Shown here one piece after another: positions 25,083 to 33,183 of a DNA stretch of 64,000 nucleotides. The stretch's first letter is position 1, and every line of letters starts with the position of its first letter. Source of the DNA: Escherichia coli phage Wa28; the sequence record LC788710.1. The stretch is one strand, 5' to 3'. The notes under the pieces are model-generated. The model saw nothing but the letters and a program-made list of their open reading frames with translations, was not told the origin of the DNA and searched no databases. The translations under genes and the position numbers were made by a program.

Positions 25083-25721
25083 TTACTCTACTTCGATAAA
25101 AGTAGAGGCGTTGGACTCAGATAGAACAAAGTCAACGTTAGTTGCAAAGTCCTGGTACTCTTCGTCGTGTTGCTTGATCAGCTTTTCCAGCCCCAGCGGA
25201 TCGATCAGGAACGGAGTGTTCTTGAGTTCCAGCAGGTTAAGCTGCATCTTAACTTCATCCTCGGAAGTCTTCTTGTCGCGGGTAGCCATGGTATCCTGCA
25301 AACGCTCATACTTAGCATCAAACTGAGCTTTCTGAGTGTTAAACTTAACAGTAGCAGCATGGAACTGCTTACGCATGTTAGCCAGCAACTGAGCTTTGAG
25401 TTCCATAGAACGCTTAGCTTCGATTGCTTCCGCAACAGTCATAGAGCGCGAACCGATCTCTACAACAGTTTCAGCATTGCTCTTGATCAGCGCAGCTTTC
25501 AGACGATCACGCTGGGACATCATATCCAGCAGAGACTGGAAATCAGTCTTAATACGGGTAGACAGAGCATCTACTTCGATTGCAGCGCCAACGACAACTT
25601 GGTTCTTGTCCTTACCTTCACCAACAGCGATCAAAAGCTGTTGTTCAGTAGCTTTACGGATTTTAGCTTCCAGAGACTTGATAGTTGCCAGAGCACGAGT
25701 TTTAGAGATACGAGTAGTCAT
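25083..25721 (-). CDS. hypothetical coiled-coil protein
   Basis: ORF track 212 aa. Confidence 0.5.
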   Translation of the reverse strand: MTTRISKTRALATIKSLEAKIRKATEQQLLIAVGEGKDKNQVVVGAAIEVDALSTRIKTDFQSLLDMMSQRDRLKAALIKSNAETVVEIGSRSMTVAEAIEAKRSMELKAQLLANMRKQFHAATVKFNTQKAQFDAKYERLQDTMATRDKKTSEDEVKMQLNLLELKNTPFLIDPLGLEKLIKQHDEEYQDFATNVDFVLSESNASTFIEVE

Positions 25722-25774
25722 TATTTGCTTCCTTATATGAAGTTTGAGATTTGAATTTGTTTAAAAACGGCCTA

Positions 25775-25957
25775 TTACAGACCGATTGCCAGCATAGTGT
25801 GCAGAACAGTATCAGAACTGTTATCAATATTCGGATTGGCGCGATTCAGTACATTAAAGATTTTCTGGATGCCGGACTGACGTTCAGCCATACGACGCAG
25901 ACCCAGGTTACGTTTTGCTACTTTACCATTTTTACGGACGTTTTTAGATACTGGCAT
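25775..25957 (-). CDS. small basic protein
   Basis: 60 aa; AAGGAAA SD upstream. Confidence 0.4.
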   Translation of the reverse strand: MPVSKNVRKNGKVAKRNLGLRRMAERQSGIQKIFNVLNRANPNIDNSSDTVLHTMLAIGL

Positions 25958-25997
25958 AATTGTTTTCCTTTTGTTGTTCTCTCAAATTTATGAATAT

Positions 25998-26026
25998 ATT
26001 ATACAGAATTTTGGAGCTGAAAGCAA
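25998..26026 (-). promoter_or_regulatory. early promoter
   Basis: Conserved module. Confidence 0.6.
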
Positions 26027-26027
26027 A

Positions 26028-26729
26028 TCAAATTTTGATTTTTTCGATCATGACGGCTACACAATAACTTTCAACTAAAGCATCGAATGCTGGATCATGC
26101 TTCACAGGATAGATTCCATAACGAATGGTGTCCATCTTTTCCATTTTAGCTTTTGCCCAGCTAGCACCTTCGGCTTCTAGATCTTTATAGCTATAACCAG
26201 CTTGCATCCACTGATTACGGAAAGATCGAACGTTACCTAAGTTCCAGAATTTCCACGGAACTATTTCTTCATGGGTTCCGGCATGGAACGTATTTGCAGA
26301 GTAGATTGTCATATCAAACTCTGGGCCATTGCCGTAGTACAGAGCATTATCTCCTAGAGACAATTCCATAATGTTCTGAGCCATAGAGAAGGCAGCATAA
26401 TTAGAGCCTACGTCATTAGTGCAGTGATGCTTACCATCACGGAAGGCAATCAGTTTAGGATTACGACCATTTAGAGCCTCCATAATATGGAGCGCAGATG
26501 GACTGTTTTTAGCTTGATCCATCCAGAATGCAATAGTAGAGGCAGTTACCTTAGCACCCGCATTAAGCTGATCTTGAACGTCTAGAGTAACGAATACCAG
26601 ATCAGGATCTTTATCAATTCCGTGCATCGCTACAAAAGCGAAAGAAGGCATTGCAATATGAGTAGTACCGCAATTTCCTGGAGTACCTAGAGATTCAATG
26701 TCCAGCATACCAAAGGGCTTGAATTTCAT
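26028..26729 (-). CDS. hypothetical protein, possibly DEDD-type exonuclease-like
   Basis: 233 aa; N-terminal FGMLDIESLG resembles Exo I motif; weak. Confidence 0.4.
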   Translation of the reverse strand: MKFKPFGMLDIESLGTPGNCGTTHIAMPSFAFVAMHGIDKDPDLVFVTLDVQDQLNAGAKVTASTIAFWMDQAKNSPSALHIMEALNGRNPKLIAFRDGKHHCTNDVGSNYAAFSMAQNIMELSLGDNALYYGNGPEFDMTIYSANTFHAGTHEEIVPWKFWNLGNVRSFRNQWMQAGYSYKDLEAEGASWAKAKMEKMDTIRYGIYPVKHDPAFDALVESYCVAVMIEKIKI

Positions 26730-26759
26730 AATTATGTCCTTTATTGTTGTAGAAAACTA

Positions 26760-26972
26760 TTAAAGAGCTGTCTCTTTAATAGACTCCCACTGTTTGGGGT
26801 CTTTCAGAGGAAGTTCCTCTTCTTCAAACAGGTCTGTTCCATTTTCACTAACATCCCAGTTTTCTTCCATGATTTCTTCTAGAAGCTCATGTTTAGAAAG
26901 ACGAGTGTAGTCTCTAGCAGACTTGTGAGTGCTAGCACGGTTAAAATCATTCTTTGCAACGAAGTTACGCAT
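26760..26972 (-). CDS. hypothetical small protein
   Basis: ORF track 70 aa. Confidence 0.4.
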   Translation of the reverse strand: MRNFVAKNDFNRASTHKSARDYTRLSKHELLEEIMEENWDVSENGTDLFEEEELPLKDPKQWESIKETAL

Positions 26973-26974
26973 AG

Positions 26975-27004
26975 TTTCTCCAAATAAGAGGGGCTTTCGC
27001 CCCC
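26975..27004 (-). terminator. rho-independent terminator
   Basis: AGGGGC-TTTC-GCCCCT hairpin followed on minus strand by T-rich tract. Confidence 0.5.
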
Positions 27005-27013
27005 TGATTTAAA

Positions 27014-27229
27014 TTACTTGCCCAGCAGTTTAAGGATATTTTCCTTAATAGTTTGAGCAGATTTTTCACTCTTATTGGTTTCAGCCAGTTTCAGAGCGAG
27101 TTCTTCCTGCTGTTTCTGAATATCAGCAGCAGTTTTCTGGTCAGCTTCAATACGAGCTTGAAGTTCATCAGTAATAGTGGTAAAGGAAGCAACGATTTCA
27201 GTAACGGAACGTGGTTTCTTAGAGAACAT
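27014..27229 (-). CDS. small coiled-coil protein
   Basis: ORF track 71 aa. Confidence 0.4.
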   Translation of the reverse strand: MFSKKPRSVTEIVASFTTITDELQARIEADQKTAADIQKQQEELALKLAETNKSEKSAQTIKENILKLLGK

Positions 27230-27290
27230 AAAAATATCCTTAATTAGTCAGAGAAAGAGTTAGTATATGGGGCTTTCGCCCCATCAATCA

Positions 27291-27815
27291 TTACTTCGCT
27301 TTACGCTTACGAGCAGGTTTAGTGGATTTAGTGGATTTACGATCAGAAGCACCAGTAAACTTAATACCGATACCATAGCACAGAGCGCGAACGTTGTCAC
27401 GGCTATACTCTACCCCGAAGATATTCGGTTTAACGGAGCCAAACTGTCCACGGGATTCACGCATTACGTCAGCCATTGGCTTACGCTTCTGATTGACTGC
27501 TTTTTCGTAATCTTTCAGAGCCATACCGTTGCGGGCGAACATCTCAGCACCTCCGTTAAAGCTCAGAGTTACCGGTACAGACTTATGACCTTCACCCTTG
27601 ATGAACACAACCTGCTTAGCAGTTGCGCGAGTGGAGTTCTTAGCCTTCGGCTTCTGACGAATCGGAGCCGGAGACTTCAGAGCAGTCTGAGCCTGAGCAT
27701 CGCTAGGATGCTTACGCAGATGACGTTCCAGACGAGCCTTACGATTGGCTTCGGTCTGAGCGAAAGTTTTAACTGCCGGAGCTGCCTGAGTTTTTGCGTT
27801 TTTCTGCTTAGCCAT
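27291..27815 (-). CDS. hypothetical basic protein
   Basis: 174 aa; Lys/Arg-rich termini. Confidence 0.5.
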   Translation of the reverse strand: MAKQKNAKTQAAPAVKTFAQTEANRKARLERHLRKHPSDAQAQTALKSPAPIRQKPKAKNSTRATAKQVVFIKGEGHKSVPVTLSFNGGAEMFARNGMALKDYEKAVNQKRKPMADVMRESRGQFGSVKPNIFGVEYSRDNVRALCYGIGIKFTGASDRKSTKSTKPARKRKAK

Positions 27816-27853
27816 TATTTGTTTTCCTTTTTGTTGATCAATTTATGAGATAT

Positions 27854-27882
27854 ATTATACTAAATTTTGAAGCGTTTAGCAA
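27854..27882 (-). promoter_or_regulatory. early promoter
   Basis: Conserved module. Confidence 0.6.
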
Positions 27883-27898
27883 ATGAATTTTTTAAAAA

Positions 27899-28177
27899 TT
27901 ATCTGCCGATCATCTTAGCTTGTTCCTCACTGGAAACGTATTGATAACCACCCTTGTTATACGCAGGAGCAGTACACAGTTTCTTACGCTCAATTTCTTC
28001 TTGAGCTTTGCGTTCCCTTTCGGCTAACTCTTCATCTAGGTAAACTAGACGTTGCTCCGGAGGTGGTGGAAGCCTAGTTTCTGGCTCACCAATATTTGCC
28101 TTTCTGATCTGACGCGGAGATTGTGCGCGTTTTCTCAAAGGTTTAAATCCTAATGAATTTGAGTTGTAAATTCGCAT
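27899..28177 (-). CDS. hypothetical protein
   Basis: ORF track 92 aa. Confidence 0.45.
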   Translation of the reverse strand: MRIYNSNSLGFKPLRKRAQSPRQIRKANIGEPETRLPPPPEQRLVYLDEELAERERKAQEEIERKKLCTAPAYNKGGYQYVSSEEQAKMIGR

Positions 28178-28204
28178 AAAGCCCTCCTCACTTTCAATAC
28201 GAAT

Positions 28205-28233
28205 ATTATACTAAATTCGAGGGCTTTAAGCAA
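28205..28233 (-). promoter_or_regulatory. early promoter
   Basis: Conserved module. Confidence 0.6.
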
Positions 28234-28253
28234 GTGAATTTTTAATTTATTTA

Positions 28254-28742
28254 TTACATCTCAGCAAGTTCTTGCTCAGTAATTACAGTATTGCATAGAG
28301 CATCAACTTCTTCATTACCACGAATACCTGAGTGACCTTTAACCTTAACAAAGGTTGGATTGGTATCATGGAAGTTAATGTACTGTTGGGTTAGTTTAAA
28401 TGCTTCTTGCCAGAGTTCTAGATTAAGAGGGGTTTCACCATCTCCCTTCTTCCAGCCTTTCTTCTGCCAAGACCACATCCAGCTTTCCATACCATTTTTG
28501 CAGTAAGCAGAATCAGTGTAGATAATTACTGGACGATTATCTTTCTTAGTAGACCAACGAAGAACTTCTACAATTGCAGTAAGTTCCATTTCGTTATTAG
28601 TAGTTTTAGGGCTGAAGCCAGATTTAGAGCCAATACGATCATCATTATCATTATAGACAACGAATCCCCACGCACCTAAACCAGGATTGCCTTTACATGC
28701 ACCATCTGTATATATGTGGAAAACCGACATTATTTGCTCCAA
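28254..28742 (-). CDS. rnh: ribonuclease H (RNase HI-like)
   Basis: 162 aa; IYTDGACKGNPG ... MELTAIVEVL ... IYTDSAYC ... KGHSGIRGNEEVD. Confidence 0.8.
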   Translation of the reverse strand: MEQIMSVFHIYTDGACKGNPGLGAWGFVVYNDNDDRIGSKSGFSPKTTNNEMELTAIVEVLRWSTKKDNRPVIIYTDSAYCKNGMESWMWSWQKKGWKKGDGETPLNLELWQEAFKLTQQYINFHDTNPTFVKVKGHSGIRGNEEVDALCNTVITEQELAEM

Positions 28743-28999
28743 TCAATTTCAAGCCAAAAACCTTCACGCTGTTCATACTTAGCTTCTACAACATAACCTA
28801 GTTTGCTAAGTTTTTGCATGACGCTATTTCTAGCGTTTTCTGAGTATTCAGTTAATCCCTGGATGTGACAATTAAATTCTTTATCTTTAATAGCTTTGTC
28901 AATCTCTACGGCAATAAGTGATTCTAGGTCAATTACTTCCTTTTTAATGCTAGCAATAGTATTTTGTTTTGCTTCTAAAGCAGATAAAAGAATAGACAT
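28730..28999 (-). CDS. hypothetical protein
   Basis: ORF track 89 aa. Confidence 0.45.
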   Translation of the reverse strand: MSILLSALEAKQNTIASIKKEVIDLESLIAVEIDKAIKDKEFNCHIQGLTEYSENARNSVMQKLSKLGYVVEAKYEQREGFWLEIDWSK

Positions 29000-29001
29000 A
29001 T

Positions 29002-29580
29002 TTATTCTCCAATTACTAAAATATCATGTTGAGAAGATACACCACACATATAATCTGCACAATGCGTAAAAGCCAGATCAATGATTTCAAATATATCATC
29101 TACATCTAAATCTGTGGCTCGACAATCCGCAATAGCTAAACCTGTACGAATACTGGAAAGTACATCTTCTCCTCCACAGCCTACACCGGCATATTCAACT
29201 TCTAGAATAGAAGCATTAGATTGGAAAATAAAGATTCTTCCTTTGTAGAGCATAATAAATTGTCCCAGATTAGGTTCAGCATATTTTTCATTTTTCTTTT
29301 CGCCAAAATCTTTCTGGTTAAACATATCACGTAATTTAGGTACTATTTCCGTATATAAATATTTATCATCAGAAATATCTGCTAAACGTGGTGGTACAGT
29401 AAAGCTATGCTCTAGTAATTGTCCCATGTAGAAGGAACTAGTGTATCCGAAGCACAAATCATCAGAGATTTTGAATACTTTCGGATTTTTAACCAGCAGT
29501 TTCGTATAGCCATTAGAACCCATACGATCACCGGCTAAGTATACTTTATCTTTATATTTAAATGCTACTATGGCTGTCAT
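29002..29580 (-). CDS. hypothetical protein, possibly HslV/proteasome-like Ntn hydrolase
   Basis: 192 aa; MTAIVAF...YLAGD...GVGCGG resembles HslV Thr2 / GD / GSGG pattern; weak. Confidence 0.4.
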   Translation of the reverse strand: MTAIVAFKYKDKVYLAGDRMGSNGYTKLLVKNPKVFKISDDLCFGYTSSFYMGQLLEHSFTVPPRLADISDDKYLYTEIVPKLRDMFNQKDFGEKKNEKYAEPNLGQFIMLYKGRIFIFQSNASILEVEYAGVGCGGEDVLSSIRTGLAIADCRATDLDVDDIFEIIDLAFTHCADYMCGVSSQHDILVIGE

Positions 29581-29610
29581 TATTAAATCCTTCTGTCAAA
29601 TTAGAAGTAT

Positions 29611-29639
29611 ATTATATTTGAATTTCACTCAGTAAGCAA
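29611..29639 (-). promoter_or_regulatory. early promoter
   Basis: Conserved module. Confidence 0.6.
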
Positions 29640-29678
29640 ATGAAATTTAAATATAATAGCCCCGAAGGGCTATTTGAA

Positions 29679-30032
29679 TTAGATTATAATCAAGATTATT
29701 AGGGCGTATGTCAGATAATGCAGTAACTGATCAAATCCTAAAGCTATCCAAAACTTAGCATCGCTTATAGCGTATTTACAGCGTTGTGCTTTCCAATAAT
29801 CTATAATAAAGTGTAGAATTAATTCCATAATAGCTAAAGCTATAGACATTCCTGGTGATGTGAATAGGATTAGAATTGCAAATGTTAATCCAGCATGTAC
29901 TAGCGAATGGGTTAATAATGGAAGTTTCCACCCTATTTTATGCGTCTTTCTTAGCATATATGGTGTTTGGAGTGGATAATCGGCCATAAAATGTTTTAGA
30001 AAGAATATGACAAATAATAGTATAATTAACAT
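29679..30032 (-). CDS. small membrane protein
   Basis: 117 aa, three hydrophobic helices. Confidence 0.45.
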   Translation of the reverse strand: MLIILLFVIFFLKHFMADYPLQTPYMLRKTHKIGWKLPLLTHSLVHAGLTFAILILFTSPGMSIALAIMELILHFIIDYWKAQRCKYAISDAKFWIALGFDQLLHYLTYALIILIII

Positions 30033-30035
30033 ATG

Positions 30036-30890
30036 TTACACCGTAAATGGATATGCAATAGCAGGATGGTGTTCATAGCCACGAACAGTAAAATCATCCT
30101 TACTTACCCACGTTAATACATCATCCAAAGTTCTAATATTTGGATTGATTTCTAAAGTAGGAGGTGCAAAAGGTTCACGATCGAATTGCTTGTGCTCCAT
30201 CAGAACATTATACTGATCTTCATAGATATGAAGATTAATAATCTTTTGACGAGCAATACCTGGCTTAAGACCTGTAATCTGTGCCATAATAGCTAGAAGT
30301 GCATAGCATTGCACCATATTAAATACTTGGCCCAGCAAGAAATCATTAGACCTCTGGAAAGAGTTTAGGTATAGTGTATCACCTAAAATAGAGAATTGAT
30401 GGGTATGCATACACGGACGTAGGCATCCTTTACGAAATTCCCCAGGGTTCCAAAAAGTTAAAATTTCTCCACGATCGTCAATCCCTCTTTTCAAATTATG
30501 ATAGACTTTGGCTAACTGATCAAATACCATACCATCAGAATTAGTCCAATGACGTCCTTGAACACCATAGACTCGTCCCATATCATCCTCGCCTTTACGG
30601 AATGGATTACCTAGCCAGGCAATATTTTCATTTGCATTAGCATTCCATGTATTAACACCAATAGCGCGGAATTGTGCTGCTGAGTCGTACCCACGGAGAT
30701 ATCCGATCATTTCCATTATTGCTTGTTTAGCAAATGCTTTACGAGTAGTTACTAGCGGCAGTTCTCCTGCTCCTACGTTAAAGGTAAAGTCTGCATCAAT
30801 AATGGTTAGGCAACGAACCCCTGTTCTAGGATTCGTTACCCATACACCCTCTTCAAGAATACGTTTTCCAGTTTCAATATATTGCTTCAT
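30036..30890 (-). CDS. thyA: thymidylate synthase
   Basis: 284 aa; active-site region [11 protein letters not shown] and overall ThyA-like sequence. Confidence 0.85.
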   Translation of the reverse strand: MKQYIETGKRILEEGVWVTNPRTGVRCLTIIDADFTFNVGAGELPLVTTRKAFAKQAIMEMIGYLRGYDSAAQFRAIGVNTWNANANENIAWLGNPFRKGEDDMGRVYGVQGRHWTNSDGMVFDQLAKVYHNLKRGIDDRGEILTFWNPGEFRKGCLRPCMHTHQFSILGDTLYLNSFQRSNDFLLGQVFNMVQCYALLAIMAQITGLKPGIARQKIINLHIYEDQYNVLMEHKQFDREPFAPPTLEINPNIRTLDDVLTWVSKDDFTVRGYEHHPAIAYPFTV

Positions 30891-31417
30891 TTAAATATCA
30901 CCAATTCTTGTAAGAATGAAAGCGTTTTATCTGCATTCTGTCCTGCTACATAATCCATTCTAGTTGCCATTGAATTAGTTAAAGTAATGTGATGATGCAG
31001 ATGTACATCAGCAGATAATGGTGTAGCTGAAGTAATAGTAGAGATATACGCCATATCTAGATGATTTTTGACATACATTTCAAGAAGCAGAGTTGCTCCC
31101 CCTAATACTACAGTTACTTCTTCCTTGAGGAAATCAGGTAGACTGTATCCAATGTTACTTATGCGTGTGGCTGATCCTACAGAGTTAGGTAGTGGTCTAT
31201 TTGCATAAATAAATAGGTCAGAATCTCCTAGTATTCTTTTTTGCAGAGTCTCAGGGAAGGCTAACCAAGTTCCTGCACCTACAATAATATTATCAGGTGC
31301 TAGAGAATCCAAAGTAGTATAGAAGATATCTAGTTCTTCTTTGAAAGAACCCCAGGGGAGCTTACCATTGAGGCCGAACTCCCCATTCGGCCCAGTTGCA
31401 TAGATTGCTGCTATCAT
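30887..31417 (-). CDS. dihydrofolate reductase
   Basis: 176 aa; N-terminal [22 protein letters not shown] typical of DHFR; adjacent to thyA. Confidence 0.7.
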   Translation of the reverse strand: MIAAIYATGPNGEFGLNGKLPWGSFKEELDIFYTTLDSLAPDNIIVGAGTWLAFPETLQKRILGDSDLFIYANRPLPNSVGSATRISNIGYSLPDFLKEEVTVVLGGATLLLEMYVKNHLDMAYISTITSATPLSADVHLHHHITLTNSMATRMDYVAGQNADKTLSFLQELVIFK

Positions 31418-32562
31418 TAGAACATGCCCTCAAATTCGTTACCCAGATCTTTCAGGGTATCAGCAGAAGTTTCAGTTACCTGACCCACACGATATGCTGC
31501 ACCAATCTGGATTTCTTGTGGGGCAGGCTGTAAGGAAGTAGTATCCAGCCAGTTCATAATCCACGGAATAGGGTTCTTAGTAATTACAGGTAAGTGGCTT
31601 GGCCATTCTACACCAATGTGCATAAATGCGTTACGTCCTACAAAGTAAAGGTATTCTTCAAGCAGTTCTGCATTCAAACCAATCAGACTACGGCCTTTAA
31701 AGATAAAGTGACCCCATTCAATCTCAGTTTTCAGAGTTTTCAGGAGTTGTGCTGGTGCTTTAGCTAATGCTTCATCTACCAGATCTTTATCAAACTGCTG
31801 GAACATAATCTGGATGATAGCTTTAGACATTTGAGTATGCAGAGCTTCATCTTTAGCGATTAATTGCAGGTTCTTAGCAATACCTTGCAGAATATCGTTC
31901 TCTGCTAGAGCAAAGGTACATGCAAAAGATGCGTAGAACTGCATTGCTTCCAGACCGTAGATTGCAAAGTAAGCATCTAACAGCTTAGCCTGAGTTTCAC
32001 GTTTAACTTCAGGGAACTCAGTTTCTGGATAAGTATTATCACCACGATGATCACGTACTGCAAGGAAATACTGACCTAACAGATACAATTCATCAAACAG
32101 TTCAACAGAATCTGCGATACGTGCAAATGCTTCTTGGTTTTTAGTTACAGAATCAATAAATTCTGCTGGGTCAGTCAGAACGTTACGAATAATGTTACTA
32201 TACGCACGGCTATGTAGATCTTCGAAGTAGCTCCACTGCTTGAGCATACCTTCCAATTCAGGACGGCTTACAAGTGGCATAATAGCTGCCTCAGGAGCAC
32301 GACTAATGAAAGAATCTGTTTGAACCTGCCAAGCTAAGTTCAGCAGAGTGATTTCTTGTATTTCTCTTGGAAGATTAGGCCATTGCTTTTTGTCACTTTC
32401 TAGACTGATTTCAGTTTCAGTCCAAAACTGGCTCCTCTGTAATAGTGCGAGTCGTTCTAGCTCTGGATGAGCAACACGAACATAGTCTGCTACTCCCAGG
32501 GCATCTCCGAGAAATAGCTCTTCAGAATCAGGATTCCAGTTCAGATTTAGTAAGGTTGTCAT
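31417..32562 (-). CDS. nrdB: ribonucleotide reductase class Ia beta subunit
   Basis: 381 aa; NrdB-like length and ferritin-like helical pattern; adjacent to nrdA. Confidence 0.8.
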   Translation of the reverse strand: MTTLLNLNWNPDSEELFLGDALGVADYVRVAHPELERLALLQRSQFWTETEISLESDKKQWPNLPREIQEITLLNLAWQVQTDSFISRAPEAAIMPLVSRPELEGMLKQWSYFEDLHSRAYSNIIRNVLTDPAEFIDSVTKNQEAFARIADSVELFDELYLLGQYFLAVRDHRGDNTYPETEFPEVKRETQAKLLDAYFAIYGLEAMQFYASFACTFALAENDILQGIAKNLQLIAKDEALHTQMSKAIIQIMFQQFDKDLVDEALAKAPAQLLKTLKTEIEWGHFIFKGRSLIGLNAELLEEYLYFVGRNAFMHIGVEWPSHLPVITKNPIPWIMNWLDTTSLQPAPQEIQIGAAYRVGQVTETSADTLKDLGNEFEGMF

Positions 32563-32565
32563 TAA

Positions 32566-33084
32566 TTATTCTCCATTATTAGCGTATTCGCCATGAAATT
32601 CTTTAAGTTTAATATCTCTATGTTCTAGAGCTTTTTCTAGAGGCATTGCGGAAGATCTGTAAACAGTACCGTTGTGTGTTATCCTAACCCTCCAGTTTCC
32701 TGAACTAAGAGGCTCTAGGTTTTTATGTCCATGGGTATTGTTTTTACCGGCTCCCCTATTTTGGGCATTACCAGCATCGGTTGATTCTCGTAGATTTAAA
32801 GGATGGTTATTAAGTTTATTTGTATCTTTATGGTCTACTGTCTTAGTTGGGTAATATCCATAATAGAGACAGAAGATTACTACATGATTTCTTAATTCCC
32901 ATCTATAACCTTCCACGTTAAGTCGGAAGCATAGGTAGCCATTTCCATTGACGGCTCCTACAGGTTTTCCAGCAAATCTAGTATTAAATCCACCTTTATT
33001 AGTCTCTCTTGGCTTCCAATAGAGAGTATCTTCTCTGAGTTCTAGATATTTCTCTAGAAATTCTTTTGTTAGTTGAGGTTTCAC
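32566..33084 (-). CDS. HNH homing endonuclease (freestanding, between nrdB and nrdA)
   Basis: 172 aa; GYLCFRL...VDHKDTNKLNNHPLNLR plus AP2-like C-terminal region. Confidence 0.65.
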   Translation of the reverse strand: MKPQLTKEFLEKYLELREDTLYWKPRETNKGGFNTRFAGKPVGAVNGNGYLCFRLNVEGYRWELRNHVVIFCLYYGYYPTKTVDHKDTNKLNNHPLNLRESTDAGNAQNRGAGKNNTHGHKNLEPLSSGNWRVRITHNGTVYRSSAMPLEKALEHRDIKLKEFHGEYANNGE

Positions 33085-33108
33085 AGTATATCTCCTTAAT
33101 ATAGAGAT

Positions 33109-33137
33109 ATTATAGCAAATCTGGTAGCGATTAGCAA
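33109..33137 (-). promoter_or_regulatory. early promoter
   Basis: Conserved module (-35 TTGCTA, -10 TATAAT). Confidence 0.6.
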
Positions 33138-33183
33138 GTAAAATTTCAAAGAAAAAGGAGACCCGAAGATCTCCTTGTTTTTA

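Noticed and set aside
25167-25754. Plus-strand ORFs of 195 and 114 aa
   Set aside because: Antisense to gene 25083-25721 on the dominant minus strand; no promoter or SD
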